NCBI GenBank assembly: GCA_903884815.1
Contig: CAISGE010000032.1
Coordinates: 5,978 to 69,977 of the forward strand
Length of the DNA stretch: 64,000 nt
From: Candidatus Omnitrophota bacterium
GTDB lineage: Bacteria; Omnitrophota; Omnitrophia; Omnitrophales; Aquincolibacteriaceae
Reading direction: 5' to 3'
Of the stretch, positions 44,656 through 53,812 are shown piece after piece; positions within the stretch are counted from its first letter, which is position 1, and each line of letters opens with the position of its first letter. The position numbers and the translations under genes are program-made. The notes under the pieces are model-generated. The model searched no databases and had not been told where the DNA came from. It saw nothing but the letters and a program-made list of their open reading frames with translations.

Positions 44656-45393
44656 CTATGCCACGATATTTTTTTTGATTTGTTCCAGCAAATCCCTCGA
44701 ATCCGCGTAAGGCAGGATGATCGGAAGCGGGAGAACCTTTTTGGCCTCGGCGAGCATGCTTTCGGGACAATAAATACAAAAACGGACTTTATCGACGACC
44801 GATCCATATTTCACCTTTTTATAGATCGACGCGGCGTCCAGGACGGTCGGATCCTCCCAGAATTGGCAGAAAAAAAACTTCGGAGCAAGCATTTCACATT
44901 TTTGAACAGCCTCATATTCATTCAAAGGGATCGTGACTTTATAACCCTTCGCGATGAACAATTCCTTGAGCTTATTGGCCACGAACTCCTGAACCCCGAA
45001 AATCAGGACATCCTTGCTCTCCCTCTTCGATTGAAGCGTGAGTGCCTGATCGATCTGCTTCAGGAGGGCTTCGATCTCGAGGGGCTTACTGACGAATGTG
45101 ATCAAGTCGGATGGAGGGAAAAGCTCTGCCATGTTTTTTCGAGCAGAGATCACGAACACGGGAATGTGTTTGGCGTGCGGGTCGGCCTGAAGTTTTTCAA
45201 AGACCTGATAACCTTCAAGACCCGGCATGATAACATCGAGAAGGATCAGATCCGGTTTTTCCCGGAGGGCTTTGGCCAAGGCCTCGGTCCCGTTAAAGGC
45301 GGTGAGGACCTCGAAGCCTTGTATTTCCATGGCGATTTTTACGAGCTCCACTAAGGCCGGATCATCGTCAGCAATGAGAATTTTTTTAGGCAT
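44656..45393 (-). CDS. response regulator, receiver domain plus degenerate second receiver-like domain
   Basis: canonical REC (DDD..D..S..K) N-terminal half; C-terminal half REC-like without the phospho-acceptor; FCQFWED motif shared with paralog at 58328. Confidence 0.75.
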   Translation of the reverse strand: MPKKILIADDDPALVELVKIAMEIQGFEVLTAFNGTEALAKALREKPDLILLDVIMPGLEGYQVFEKLQADPHAKHIPVFVISARKNMAELFPPSDLITFVSKPLEIEALLKQIDQALTLQSKRESKDVLIFGVQEFVANKLKELFIAKGYKVTIPLNEYEAVQKCEMLAPKFFFCQFWEDPTVLDAASIYKKVKYGSVVDKVRFCIYCPESMLAEAKKVLPLPIILPYADSRDLLEQIKKNIVA

Positions 45394-45692
45394 CGGATTC
45401 TTTCTCTAACTGTCTTATATTCACCGTTATTGGTTTGGCGCCTCACACGCGATGAAGCCACCTGGATATATAACGAGTTTTTTGGGGATTCCTTGAATGG
45501 CTTTGTGCTGTCAGCCTATAAAAATAAATAAAAAACGGTGCTGGCTGAAAACAAATCGCCTTATTATAATATGCGCCTTCTATGCCGCACCTTCATAGCA
45601 CTTAACATATTTGCGGCATGGTACTGTTTTCCCGTAAATGCTTATATAAAAAAGTGTTGCGAACTCTTTTCACCCAATCAGGGAGGAACGTT

Positions 45693-46502
45693 ATGACGAC
45701 AGCTTATAATATCATCGTATGCGGGAGCCTGGTGCCTGACCCTCTTCAGACGCTGGAACCGATCCAGGGCCCGACGGGGCCCGCTCTCAAAAATGAAATG
45801 ATGCTGCCTTCCGTGCTCGATCCGTGGGCCGGACACTCCCTTTTTGAGGCTGCCAATCTCGCGAAACAGCATCCTGGAAGCAAGGTGACACTCCTGAGCA
45901 TCGGTCCCAAAGCCAAGCTCCAGCAGCTTATGATGATCATTGCCCAGAAGGTGCCCTTTGAACTTGTGTGTTTGGATGGCTCGGCGAGCGGTTTTATGGA
46001 CTCCCGCGAGGTCGCTGCGGCGCTGGCCGGAGCGATCGAGAAGATCCCGGGACTTGATAAGACGAAGCTTTTGGTGTTCGGAGGCTGCTCTTCGGCTTCC
46101 CGTGACTCGGGGACTACGATGCAGATGATCGCCGAGCAATTGGGGATCACGGACGTGTTTCTTGCCGTCGATGAACTCAAATTCCAGGCGGATGGCTCCT
46201 TCCGTCTCCTGGAACGTGTCGAAGGCGGACAGTATCAGGTTTCCACCTGCACTGGCGCACCGGTCGTGATCGGCTGGGCCACGGGGAATCTTCCCGAACC
46301 GCCGAACAACCCTCAGGTGGGTATGGCGAACATGCGCACCATCATGCCTTCGCTCCAGAAGGCGCAGCCGGCCGGACTCAAGACCGATGCCATCAAATTC
46401 GCGAGCGTCCAGCTTCCCGGGCAGCAGCGCCAGACCCGGATCGTCAAGGATACCCCTATCGACGAGATCGCCAAAGAAATCGTAACCTGGATAAAGGGCT
46501 AG
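45693..46502 (+). CDS. etfB: electron transfer flavoprotein beta subunit-like (FixA-like)
   Basis: ETF-beta fold pattern; GGGAGGA RBS before ATG 45693; the ORF-track start at 45618 lies in AT-rich promoter DNA. Confidence 0.72.
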   Translation: MTTAYNIIVCGSLVPDPLQTLEPIQGPTGPALKNEMMLPSVLDPWAGHSLFEAANLAKQHPGSKVTLLSIGPKAKLQQLMMIIAQKVPFELVCLDGSASGFMDSREVAAALAGAIEKIPGLDKTKLLVFGGCSSASRDSGTTMQMIAEQLGITDVFLAVDELKFQADGSFRLLERVEGGQYQVSTCTGAPVVIGWATGNLPEPPNNPQVGMANMRTIMPSLQKAQPAGLKTDAIKFASVQLPGQQRQTRIVKDTPIDEIAKEIVTWIKG

Positions 46503-46505
46503 ACC

Positions 46506-47540
46506 ATGGAAAAAATACTCTTTTTAGCGCATACGGATTCAAACGGCCAGCTTCCCAAAGTCGCGCTCGAAACTTTGAACGCGGCGCTTCAGATCAAGCA
46601 AGGTCTCGCGGGCTCCACGCTCACAATCGGTCTCGTCGGAGAAAATGTTCAGGCCGCTGCGGATCAGATCGCGTCTTGTGGCATGGAGAAAGCTTTGGGA
46701 GTCAGCGGTGCTGATTTCGGCATGTCGCGCTATGCCACGGACGTAAAAGCCGCGGCAGCGCTTGGGACCGCATCCGGAGCGACGATTATCATCGCCCCGG
46801 CCACTTCGCGTTTTTCACGGGCGCTCCCCGGAGCGGCGTTCCGTCTGAAGGCGACCATCGATACTCATGTGAGCGGCATTCAGTTCACCGAGGGTGTGTT
46901 GCAGATCCAGCGCTGGTATTACCGTCAGCGCATGATGGCAACGCTTACTCGCGTTGCGCGGCCCTGGATCATTGCGATTGATTCCGGCGTGTTCCCGCCT
47001 TGGCAGGGCACCAAAGGCTCGGCGAAAGTTGAGGCTGTTTCGGTCGCGGTAGCAGATCAGGAGAAGCGCACGAAGATGACGGGGATCGAAGCTCCTTCTG
47101 CGGATGCGCAAACGATCCGCCCGGAAGCCCAGATTCTGCTGGTCGCGGGCGCCGGTTGGACCAAGAAGCAGACGGATGGCCAGATCCATGCCAAAGAGGC
47201 CGAAAAACATATTCTGGATTTTCTCAAGCTTGCCAAAGCCTCACTTGGCAGCAGCAAGTCGCTTGTGGACCAGGGGTCGGAAGGGGAAGCCGTGCTGACT
47301 TGCATGAGTCATTTGAACCAGGTCGGGCAGACGGGCTCCACGCCGCGCCACCCGAAAGGGCTTTCTACCTGCTGCCATGGCGAAGAACCTCATGTGGTCG
47401 GTTGGCGCTTCATCAACGAACGCCGTGCGATCAATACGGATGCCAGCTGTGGTTGGGCGCAGGGCAAGGCCGATGTGCTTTATGTGGCCGATGCCTTTGC
47501 CGTCATGTCTAAGGTGAACGAACTTCTTGCCAAAGGCTAA
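46506..47540 (+). CDS. etfA: electron transfer flavoprotein alpha subunit-like (FixB-like, divergent)
   Basis: N-terminal ETF domain and divergent C-terminal FAD-binding region (RAINTDASCGWAQGKADVLYVADAFAV aligning to the ETF-alpha INKD...AD.GIVGD region). Confidence 0.68.
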   Translation: MEKILFLAHTDSNGQLPKVALETLNAALQIKQGLAGSTLTIGLVGENVQAAADQIASCGMEKALGVSGADFGMSRYATDVKAAAALGTASGATIIIAPATSRFSRALPGAAFRLKATIDTHVSGIQFTEGVLQIQRWYYRQRMMATLTRVARPWIIAIDSGVFPPWQGTKGSAKVEAVSVAVADQEKRTKMTGIEAPSADAQTIRPEAQILLVAGAGWTKKQTDGQIHAKEAEKHILDFLKLAKASLGSSKSLVDQGSEGEAVLTCMSHLNQVGQTGSTPRHPKGLSTCCHGEEPHVVGWRFINERRAINTDASCGWAQGKADVLYVADAFAVMSKVNELLAKG

Positions 47541-47553
47541 AATGAGCCCCAAA

Positions 47554-47597
47554 CCAAAGCCAGGCTTTGGAATTTCAAAGCCTGGCTTTTCGTTTTT
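47554..47597 (+). terminator. rho-independent terminator after etfA (tandem ccaaagccaggctttgg palindromes plus T-run)
   Basis: two mutually complementary near-palindromes followed by cgtttttcc. Confidence 0.6.
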
Positions 47598-47652
47598 CCT
47601 CTGTTCCGGAAATCCCCGGAGAATTCTCCGTGCTGCTTGCTTCATTCTCACA

Positions 47653-48303
47653 ATGACCCTGGTCCAAGGTGTCCTTGTCCCTCTCGTGGCGGCGTCGCCG
47701 GCCAAAGATGAAAATTTCGGGACCTGGAATATTTATGATGTTGAGAAGAAACTGAATCAACAGTGGAAAATGAAGGTGGGGGAGGAGCTTCGGTTCCGGG
47801 ATCATGCGGGGCTTTACTATGCAGAAACCCATCTGGGTGTGGATTATAAGCCGTCCAAATATCTTGCCATGGGCGCCGAGTATCAGGAGATCCGCACCAC
47901 GCGTGTCGTGCAGAAGCACGATAAGTGGTTTTGGGATCAGGTGCCGCGGATCTATTTGACACCTCAATATGTCTATAAAGGTTTTTTGTTAGAAGATCGC
48001 AATATGTTGGAGTTCCGGATCCGGCAGGATGCGCGGTTTAGCCTGCGGTACCGTAATTTGGTCACTCTGACGTCTCCCTGGAAATGGACGCCGCTTCAAT
48101 TCCAGCCCTACACCGCAAATGAGACCTTTTTCGAGACGCAGAGGAACGGATTGGTCGAAGACCGGTACTTCGCCGGGTTTAAGGTCCATTGGTGGGGACC
48201 TATCTCCGGATCGATCTTTTATCTGAGACAATCAAGTAAGAATGCGATCGCGAAGTGGACTTCGCTGAATATTCTCGGGACGAGCCTGAAATACTCTTTT
48301 TGA
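47653..48303 (+). CDS. hypothetical outer-membrane beta-barrel-like protein
   Basis: alternating aromatic pattern ending LKYSF; the ORF-track start at 47527 runs through the etfA terminator hairpins, so an internal ATG was chosen; start uncertain. Confidence 0.4.
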   Translation: MTLVQGVLVPLVAASPAKDENFGTWNIYDVEKKLNQQWKMKVGEELRFRDHAGLYYAETHLGVDYKPSKYLAMGAEYQEIRTTRVVQKHDKWFWDQVPRIYLTPQYVYKGFLLEDRNMLEFRIRQDARFSLRYRNLVTLTSPWKWTPLQFQPYTANETFFETQRNGLVEDRYFAGFKVHWWGPISGSIFYLRQSSKNAIAKWTSLNILGTSLKYSF

Positions 48304-48389
48304 CCGTGGCTTTTCCGAAAAAATCAGGTGGCGCAAATATAGTTTGTGCTATCCTTGTCTCGAGTTCTCTTCTTAAGTGGCGACAAGGA

Positions 48390-48518
48390 CAGCCCTGACT
48401 TATAGTTTCTTTTTTTTGAAGGAGAGTCAGGGCAGCCCCAATCTCAGCTTCGCTTCGATTGATTGGAATTGGGACTGCCCCAATTTCAACATGGTTGAAA
48501 TTGATAAGAATTGGGACT
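48390..48518 (+). promoter_or_regulatory. candidate structured RNA leader (copy B) upstream of ETF-QO #2
   Basis: P1 gccctgac/gtcagggc; P2 and P3 with CCCCAAT/ATTGGG arms; P4 ttcaac/gttgaa. Same order and spacing as copy A; reading frame not conserved between the copies. Confidence 0.6.
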
Positions 48519-48570
48519 AGAATACCGCCTCTGTTTTGGAACTTTTTTACTACCTGAGATTTTTTTCCAT

Positions 48571-50256
48571 ATGTCAAAATCTGAAGTCATTCATACAGAT
48601 ATTCTGATCGTCGGAGGTGGTGTCGCGGGGCTTGCGACGGCCATCCACCTCGCGGATCTTATGGCCGCGGGAAATCCTCAGGAAGCAGGTGCCGCGCTTC
48701 CCTGGAAGATCCTAGTCCTCGAGAAGGGGAGCTCGATTGGAAGCCACACCCTTTCCGGTGCCGTGATCAATCCCGCGATCTTGAAGGAGCTTCTTCCCGA
48801 AGTTGATCCCAAGGATTATCCCTTCGAATCGCCTGTCACAAAAGACGATGTGTATTTCCTGACCCCCAAGCATGCCTTGCGAGCTCCCTTCACGCCTCCC
48901 TTTATGGGGAATCACGGCAATTCCGTGGTCTCGCTCGGGAAAATGACGCGCTGGCTCGCCGAGATCGCCGAAAAGAAAGGCGTTCAGATCTATTCGGGGT
49001 TCAGCGTCTCTGAGATGCTCTATGAGAACGGGCACGTGGTGGGAGCTCGGACCATTGATACGGGTGTGGATAAGCACGGAAAGCCGATGGACAATTTCCA
49101 GGCCGGCGACGAGATCCGCGCGAAGATCACTGTTTTGGCGGAAGGTCCCCGCGGCAGTCTGACCCGGGCACTTTGCCGCAAGCTTAAGTTGGACGAGAAG
49201 AGCAACCCCCAGGTCTATTCGACCGGCGTGAAGGAATTGTGGGATCTCCCGGAAGGAACGTTTGCCGCCGGGCGTGTCATGCATACGCTGGGATATCCTT
49301 TCGAATTCAACCATTTTGGCGGTGGTTTTGTTTATGGCCTGAACGGTCGCCAGGTCGTGGTCGGTATCGCGGCGGGATTGGATTATGTGGATCCCACATT
49401 TGATTCCCACGCGGCACTTCAGATCTATAAAACGCATCCCATGATCGCGAAGATCCTTGCGAAGGGAAAACTCCTGCGTTACGGCGCGAAGACGATCCCT
49501 GAAGGCGGTCTTTACTCCCTGCCGCAGCTTTATCATGACGGCGTGATGATCGTCGGGGATTCCGCCGGATTTCTCAGCATGCCGAGCCTCAAAGGGGTGC
49601 ATCTTGCGATCGAATCCGGGATGATGGCCGCAAAAACAGCGCTTGAAGCGCTTCAGAAAAACGATTTTTCCTCGAAGCAGCTCAGTCTTTACGCCACGCT
49701 TTTCGAAAAGAGCGCCGCTTTCAACACCCTTTCCAAGACCCGCAATTTCAGGGCCGGATTCGGGTATGGCATGATTCTGGGGGTGTTTCACTTCGCGATG
49801 CAGATCCTTACCGGTGGGCGAGGTATCACGCCGTCGGGGCGGATGAAGACGCATGAGGACGCGGCTTGTTATAAAGCGCTTGCGGATGTTCAAAAGCCTT
49901 TCTGTAAAAAATTCGCCAAGGAACTTGTTTTTGACAAGCAACTGACCTTTGATAAAGTCACGGATGTTTATTTTTCCGGCTCTAAGCACGATGAGGAGCA
50001 GCCTTGTCATCTTCGCGTCCTGGATTTTGAATTGTGCCGCAATGTTTGCATCCCGAAATTCGGCGGGCCGTGCCAGTATTTTTGCCCGGCCGAGGTCTAT
50101 GAAATCGTGACGGACCCGAAAACCGGGAAAAAAGATCTTCACCTTCATCCGGCCAATTGCGTGCATTGCAAGACCTGTGATATCAAGGACCCGTTTGGCA
50201 ACATTGAATGGGCCGTGCCATACGGCGGTGACGGGCCGGAGTACGAAAATTTGTAA
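48571..50256 (+). CDS. electron-transfer flavoprotein:quinone oxidoreductase (second paralog)
   Basis: ILIVGGGVAGLATA FAD motif, C-terminal CPAEVYE...CVHCKTCDIKDP 4Fe-4S region typical of ETF-QO. Confidence 0.85.
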   Translation: MSKSEVIHTDILIVGGGVAGLATAIHLADLMAAGNPQEAGAALPWKILVLEKGSSIGSHTLSGAVINPAILKELLPEVDPKDYPFESPVTKDDVYFLTPKHALRAPFTPPFMGNHGNSVVSLGKMTRWLAEIAEKKGVQIYSGFSVSEMLYENGHVVGARTIDTGVDKHGKPMDNFQAGDEIRAKITVLAEGPRGSLTRALCRKLKLDEKSNPQVYSTGVKELWDLPEGTFAAGRVMHTLGYPFEFNHFGGGFVYGLNGRQVVVGIAAGLDYVDPTFDSHAALQIYKTHPMIAKILAKGKLLRYGAKTIPEGGLYSLPQLYHDGVMIVGDSAGFLSMPSLKGVHLAIESGMMAAKTALEALQKNDFSSKQLSLYATLFEKSAAFNTLSKTRNFRAGFGYGMILGVFHFAMQILTGGRGITPSGRMKTHEDAACYKALADVQKPFCKKFAKELVFDKQLTFDKVTDVYFSGSKHDEEQPCHLRVLDFELCRNVCIPKFGGPCQYFCPAEVYEIVTDPKTGKKDLHLHPANCVHCKTCDIKDPFGNIEWAVPYGGDGPEYENL

Positions 50257-50257
50257 A

Positions 50258-50283
50258 CGAGTACGGAGTACGGTGTGTGGCGA
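50258..50283 (+). repeat. GTACGG-heptad repeat (short copy), ETF-QO2 to etfBA junction
   Basis: cgagtacggagtacggtgtgtggcg. Confidence 0.5.
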
Positions 50284-50339
50284 AAAAGATTTTAGTTGCT
50301 GTGCTCCGCACCTCGCGCGCTGTCCAAAGTAAGGAATCT

Positions 50340-52301
50340 ATGGGACTTAAAATTATAACGATTATGAAGCAAGTGCCGCTTCCTACCGAGATGCGTATGG
50401 GAGCCGACGGTCTTATGGACCGCACCAAGGCAAAATCCTCGATTAATGCGGATTGCACGTTCGGTCTTGAGCAGGGGCTTCAGATCAAAAAGCATGTTCC
50501 CGATGCTGAGCTCATTGTTGTATCGATGGGGCCGACGAGTTTTGAGCAATCGCTTAAAAAAGCTTTGGCGATGGGCTACGATCGTGCGGTCCTTCTTTCC
50601 GACAGGAAACTCGGGGGCTCCGATACCTTTGCCACCGGCTACGCGATCGCCTCCCTTCTCAAGAAGCTCGGGTTCTCGAAGGACAGCAAAGAACCTTTCA
50701 TTATTTTCTCAGGTCGCCAGACGACGGATGGTGACACGGCTCACGTGCCCTCCCAAACTGCCGAGAATCTCGGCATTCCCCAGGCCACTTTTGTTGAAAA
50801 GGTGGAGTACAAGGGCGATCATCTGAAAGTCCGCCGTATTATTGAAGGCGGCTACCAGGTCCTCAAAGTTCCCATACCGTGTCTCATTTCCATAGCTCCG
50901 ACGGCGACGCCGGCCCGCCGGCCTTCTCTCAAAGGTGCCATACGCGCCAGGAGCACGAAAACCGAGATCTGGTCACTGGATCAAACTGGGGCTGATGCGA
51001 GCGTGGTGGGCTTGAGCGGTTCGCCGACTCTCGTCTCAAAAGTCGTGGATATTCAAAAGAACAGGCCTGCTGTGAACATGATTTCGGGTCATGAGCCGAA
51101 GGATCTGGCGGACACCCTCGTTGCCGAGATCGAAAAGATCAAGGATTCGATGGGTGGGGCTCACGGAGGCCATGAAGAATCGGATCAAAAAAACGATGCT
51201 GTGGCGGCCAAGGCGGACGTGGATTTCCCGAGGGTTGATTTCCGGAAAGACGCTCGTGGCGTCCTGACATGGATCGAAATGCACGGCGATACACCGGCAC
51301 GGTCCTCTCTGGAGATCCTAAATCCCGCGCGAAAACTGGCGGACCAGCTTAAGACCCAGGTGACCGCGGTCATTACGGGGCATAACATCAAAGGTGTGGC
51401 TGCCGAGATCATTGCTTATGGAGCGGATGAAGTGGTGGTGGTCGATGACCCCCGCCTTAAGGAATACAGGATCCTTCCCTTGGCCGCAGTCCTGACACAA
51501 TGGATGGAACATAAACGTCCTGAAATCGCACTTTTTGGCGCGACGACTTCGGGTCGGGAACTGGCGCCTCGCATCGCGAGTCGCGTTCACGCGGGCGTGA
51601 CCGCCGATTGCACAAGTCTAAGGATCGGGGAATACGCGCATCGCATGAAGAAAACGATTTTCTATCCTGTGCTGGAGTCCATTCGTCCGACTTACGGAGA
51701 GAGCAAGCTCGCGACGATCATCGGATTTTGGTGCCCGCAAATGGCGACTGCGCGTTCCGGAACCTTCAAGATCCTGCCAAAAGACCTATCGCGGAAGGGG
51801 ACGGTTCGCGAATTCACCCCCACTTTCAGGGACAGCGATTTCTGCGTCGAAGTGCTCGAGACGAAGCGCGAGGCCGGGGGCGGGGATAATCTCTTTGTTG
51901 CCGATATTATTATTTCCGGCGGTCGTCCGGCCGGAGATCATGACGATTTCAAGCTGATCAAGGACCTTGTGCAGGCTCTTCAGGAGCGCGGGATCAACGC
52001 CGATTGGGGCGCGAGCCGCCACGCGGTGGATAACGGATATGCGCCATACGCGCGCCAGATCGGCCAGACAGGAAAGACCGTTCGCCCGAAGCTTTATATC
52101 GCAGTCGCGATCTCCGGGGCGATACAGCATCTTGCGGGGATGAAGGAATCGGGTAAGATCATCGCGATCAATCAAGACCCTCAGGCCGCGATCTTCCGTC
52201 ATGCGGATTTTGGCATCGTCCGCGATTACCGGGAAGTTCTTCCGGAGCTGATCGCCAAGGTTAAGGCGGGTTTCACGTTTGGTTTGGCCGCGGGGAAATA
52301 G
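50340..52301 (+). CDS. fused electron transfer flavoprotein beta-alpha (EtfB-EtfA) protein
   Basis: N-terminal ETF-beta (MGLKIITIMKQVP...) and C-terminal ETF-alpha with ISGAIQHLAGMK FAD signature in one 653 aa ORF; AAGGAA RBS. Confidence 0.8.
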   Translation: MGLKIITIMKQVPLPTEMRMGADGLMDRTKAKSSINADCTFGLEQGLQIKKHVPDAELIVVSMGPTSFEQSLKKALAMGYDRAVLLSDRKLGGSDTFATGYAIASLLKKLGFSKDSKEPFIIFSGRQTTDGDTAHVPSQTAENLGIPQATFVEKVEYKGDHLKVRRIIEGGYQVLKVPIPCLISIAPTATPARRPSLKGAIRARSTKTEIWSLDQTGADASVVGLSGSPTLVSKVVDIQKNRPAVNMISGHEPKDLADTLVAEIEKIKDSMGGAHGGHEESDQKNDAVAAKADVDFPRVDFRKDARGVLTWIEMHGDTPARSSLEILNPARKLADQLKTQVTAVITGHNIKGVAAEIIAYGADEVVVVDDPRLKEYRILPLAAVLTQWMEHKRPEIALFGATTSGRELAPRIASRVHAGVTADCTSLRIGEYAHRMKKTIFYPVLESIRPTYGESKLATIIGFWCPQMATARSGTFKILPKDLSRKGTVREFTPTFRDSDFCVEVLETKREAGGGDNLFVADIIISGGRPAGDHDDFKLIKDLVQALQERGINADWGASRHAVDNGYAPYARQIGQTGKTVRPKLYIAVAISGAIQHLAGMKESGKIIAINQDPQAAIFRHADFGIVRDYREVLPELIAKVKAGFTFGLAAGK

Positions 52302-52401
52302 GCTTCTTTGAAGGGGGAGGATCCCCCATTTTGCGTTAAATTTTTTTGGAATGTGACGATAACTAACGGTGTCCTTTAAAATAAAAAAACAGGAGGGTAA
52401 C

Positions 52402-52776
52402 ATGATTAAAAAGATTCTCAGTTTAGTGATCGTAGCGGCGATGTTCATGGCTGTGACAGGCGTGTCGTATGCCGGGGAAAGCTCGGATAAGAGCCTCACC
52501 CGCGGAGCTGCGTCTTTGCTGTTGCCAGGTTGGGGCCAGTACCTTAATAATGAGATGGATTCCAAAGGTGGGAAGCTCAAGACCGGCGCCATGATCGTGC
52601 TCGAGATCGGCGGCATTGTGACGACGATCCTGCTCGGGACGCTCGTGGGCTATCCCCAGATCTGGATCGGTATCGGGATCCTGATGTTTAACCATCTTTG
52701 GAGCGCGTCGGATGCCTATCTCAAGGTTCCCGTGGGTCCGGAAGTGGCCATGAGTGGTAGTGCGGTCGCCCGTTAA
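52402..52776 (+). CDS. small membrane protein (PGWGQYLN motif)
   Basis: signal/TM segment, TM2-like GxGQxYL motif; GGAGGG RBS; followed by a strong terminator. Confidence 0.5.
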   Translation: MIKKILSLVIVAAMFMAVTGVSYAGESSDKSLTRGAASLLLPGWGQYLNNEMDSKGGKLKTGAMIVLEIGGIVTTILLGTLVGYPQIWIGIGILMFNHLWSASDAYLKVPVGPEVAMSGSAVAR

Positions 52777-52802
52777 TTCATTGAAGCAGGTTTTTCTTTT
52801 CC

Positions 52803-52846
52803 AAAAAAGCAGGCCGTGGCAACTCTGCGGCCTGCTTTTTTTATTT
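52803..52846 (+). terminator. rho-independent terminator (aaaaaagcaggccg-loop-cggcctgcttttttt)
   Basis: 9-bp GC-rich stem flanked by an A-run and a T-run. Confidence 0.7.
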
Positions 52847-52939
52847 CTCATCTCCTCGGGGTTCTCTCTGACCTCTTCCAAGTCCGAGGGCCGTTCGTTC
52901 CCCCTGCCAGGGAATTTCGAAGAAGTTTGGAATGCCACG

Positions 52940-53812
52940 ATGGCGACGCTGGAAGCCGAAAAGATCCCCTTGGCCGTGACGGATAAAAGTCGCGGCTACA
53001 TCCAATCCGCCACATTTCCGCTTTATAAAAAAGAATACAAGGAATGGTCTAAGGCCCCGACGCTTTCTTCGAGCGGTTTTTGCGCGTTGGAGATCGGCGT
53101 CGTCGAGAAGGATTCGACCATGACGGTGGTGGGGATCCGGGCATTTTTTAAAAGGAAATCGGGGCTTTCCTCGCGGGGGATCCGTGCCCAGGACAAGTCT
53201 CGAGGAAGATTCGAGGGATTGCTCAGTCGGAATATCAACGAACGACTTGTGGAGAAAAAATTTCCCGCGATCAAGAGCGTGGTCCTGGGTTGCGACCTTC
53301 ATTTTGATGATGTCACCGCGCATTATTTTATTGCAGGCGCGGATACCCCGACCCTCGCTTATGAGCAGGGTCTTCGCAATGGCGATGTGATCCTGAAGAT
53401 CGACGGCCAACCGGTGACTCCCGGGAATCTTTTTGGATTTTTCCTGAATATCCCGGGTGAGGTGCTTCGGCAGTTTGTGGTCACACGTAAAGAAGGGGAG
53501 GTTTCACTCCCTATCCGGATCTTTTATTTGAGCCCGGATGCTCCGCGTCTGGGGTTCCATGCTGATCGTGATCCCGTGACCTTGAAGTTCAAGATCCTGA
53601 AGGTTTCCTCCGGATCACCGGCTGAAGCCGTGGGATTGCTGCCGGGAGATGTTCTTCTCAAACAGAATGATTTCTTGCTGGATAGCTGGAAAAACTATTA
53701 TCATGCGATTTTGGCTCAAAAGGACGGAGAGCCTCAGGTTTTTCAAATCGCGCGGGGCGGGAAGACCCTGGAGAAAAAGATCACTCCGGCCATTCCACCC
53801 CGCCCTTCATGA
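52940..53812 (+). CDS. PDZ-domain protein
   Basis: two PDZ-like segments (GDVILKIDGQPV; GLLPGDVLLKQNDF); the ORF-track N-terminus from 52754 is the translated terminator hairpin, so the first in-frame ATG after the terminator is used. Confidence 0.5.
   Translation: MATLEAEKIPLAVTDKSRGYIQSATFPLYKKEYKEWSKAPTLSSSGFCALEIGVVEKDSTMTVVGIRAFFKRKSGLSSRGIRAQDKSRGRFEGLLSRNINERLVEKKFPAIKSVVLGCDLHFDDVTAHYFIAGADTPTLAYEQGLRNGDVILKIDGQPVTPGNLFGFFLNIPGEVLRQFVVTRKEGEVSLPIRIFYLSPDAPRLGFHADRDPVTLKFKILKVSSGSPAEAVGLLPGDVLLKQNDFLLDSWKNYYHAILAQKDGEPQVFQIARGGKTLEKKITPAIPPRPS

Noticed and set aside
45410-45692. AT-rich 283-bp gap between the response regulator and etfB, examined for small RNA or tRNA
   Set aside because: No cloverleaf or conserved RNA structure is evident. 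It contains -10-like boxes and an 8-bp inverted repeat (atgccgca...tgcggcat) and is more simply a divergent promoter/operator region.
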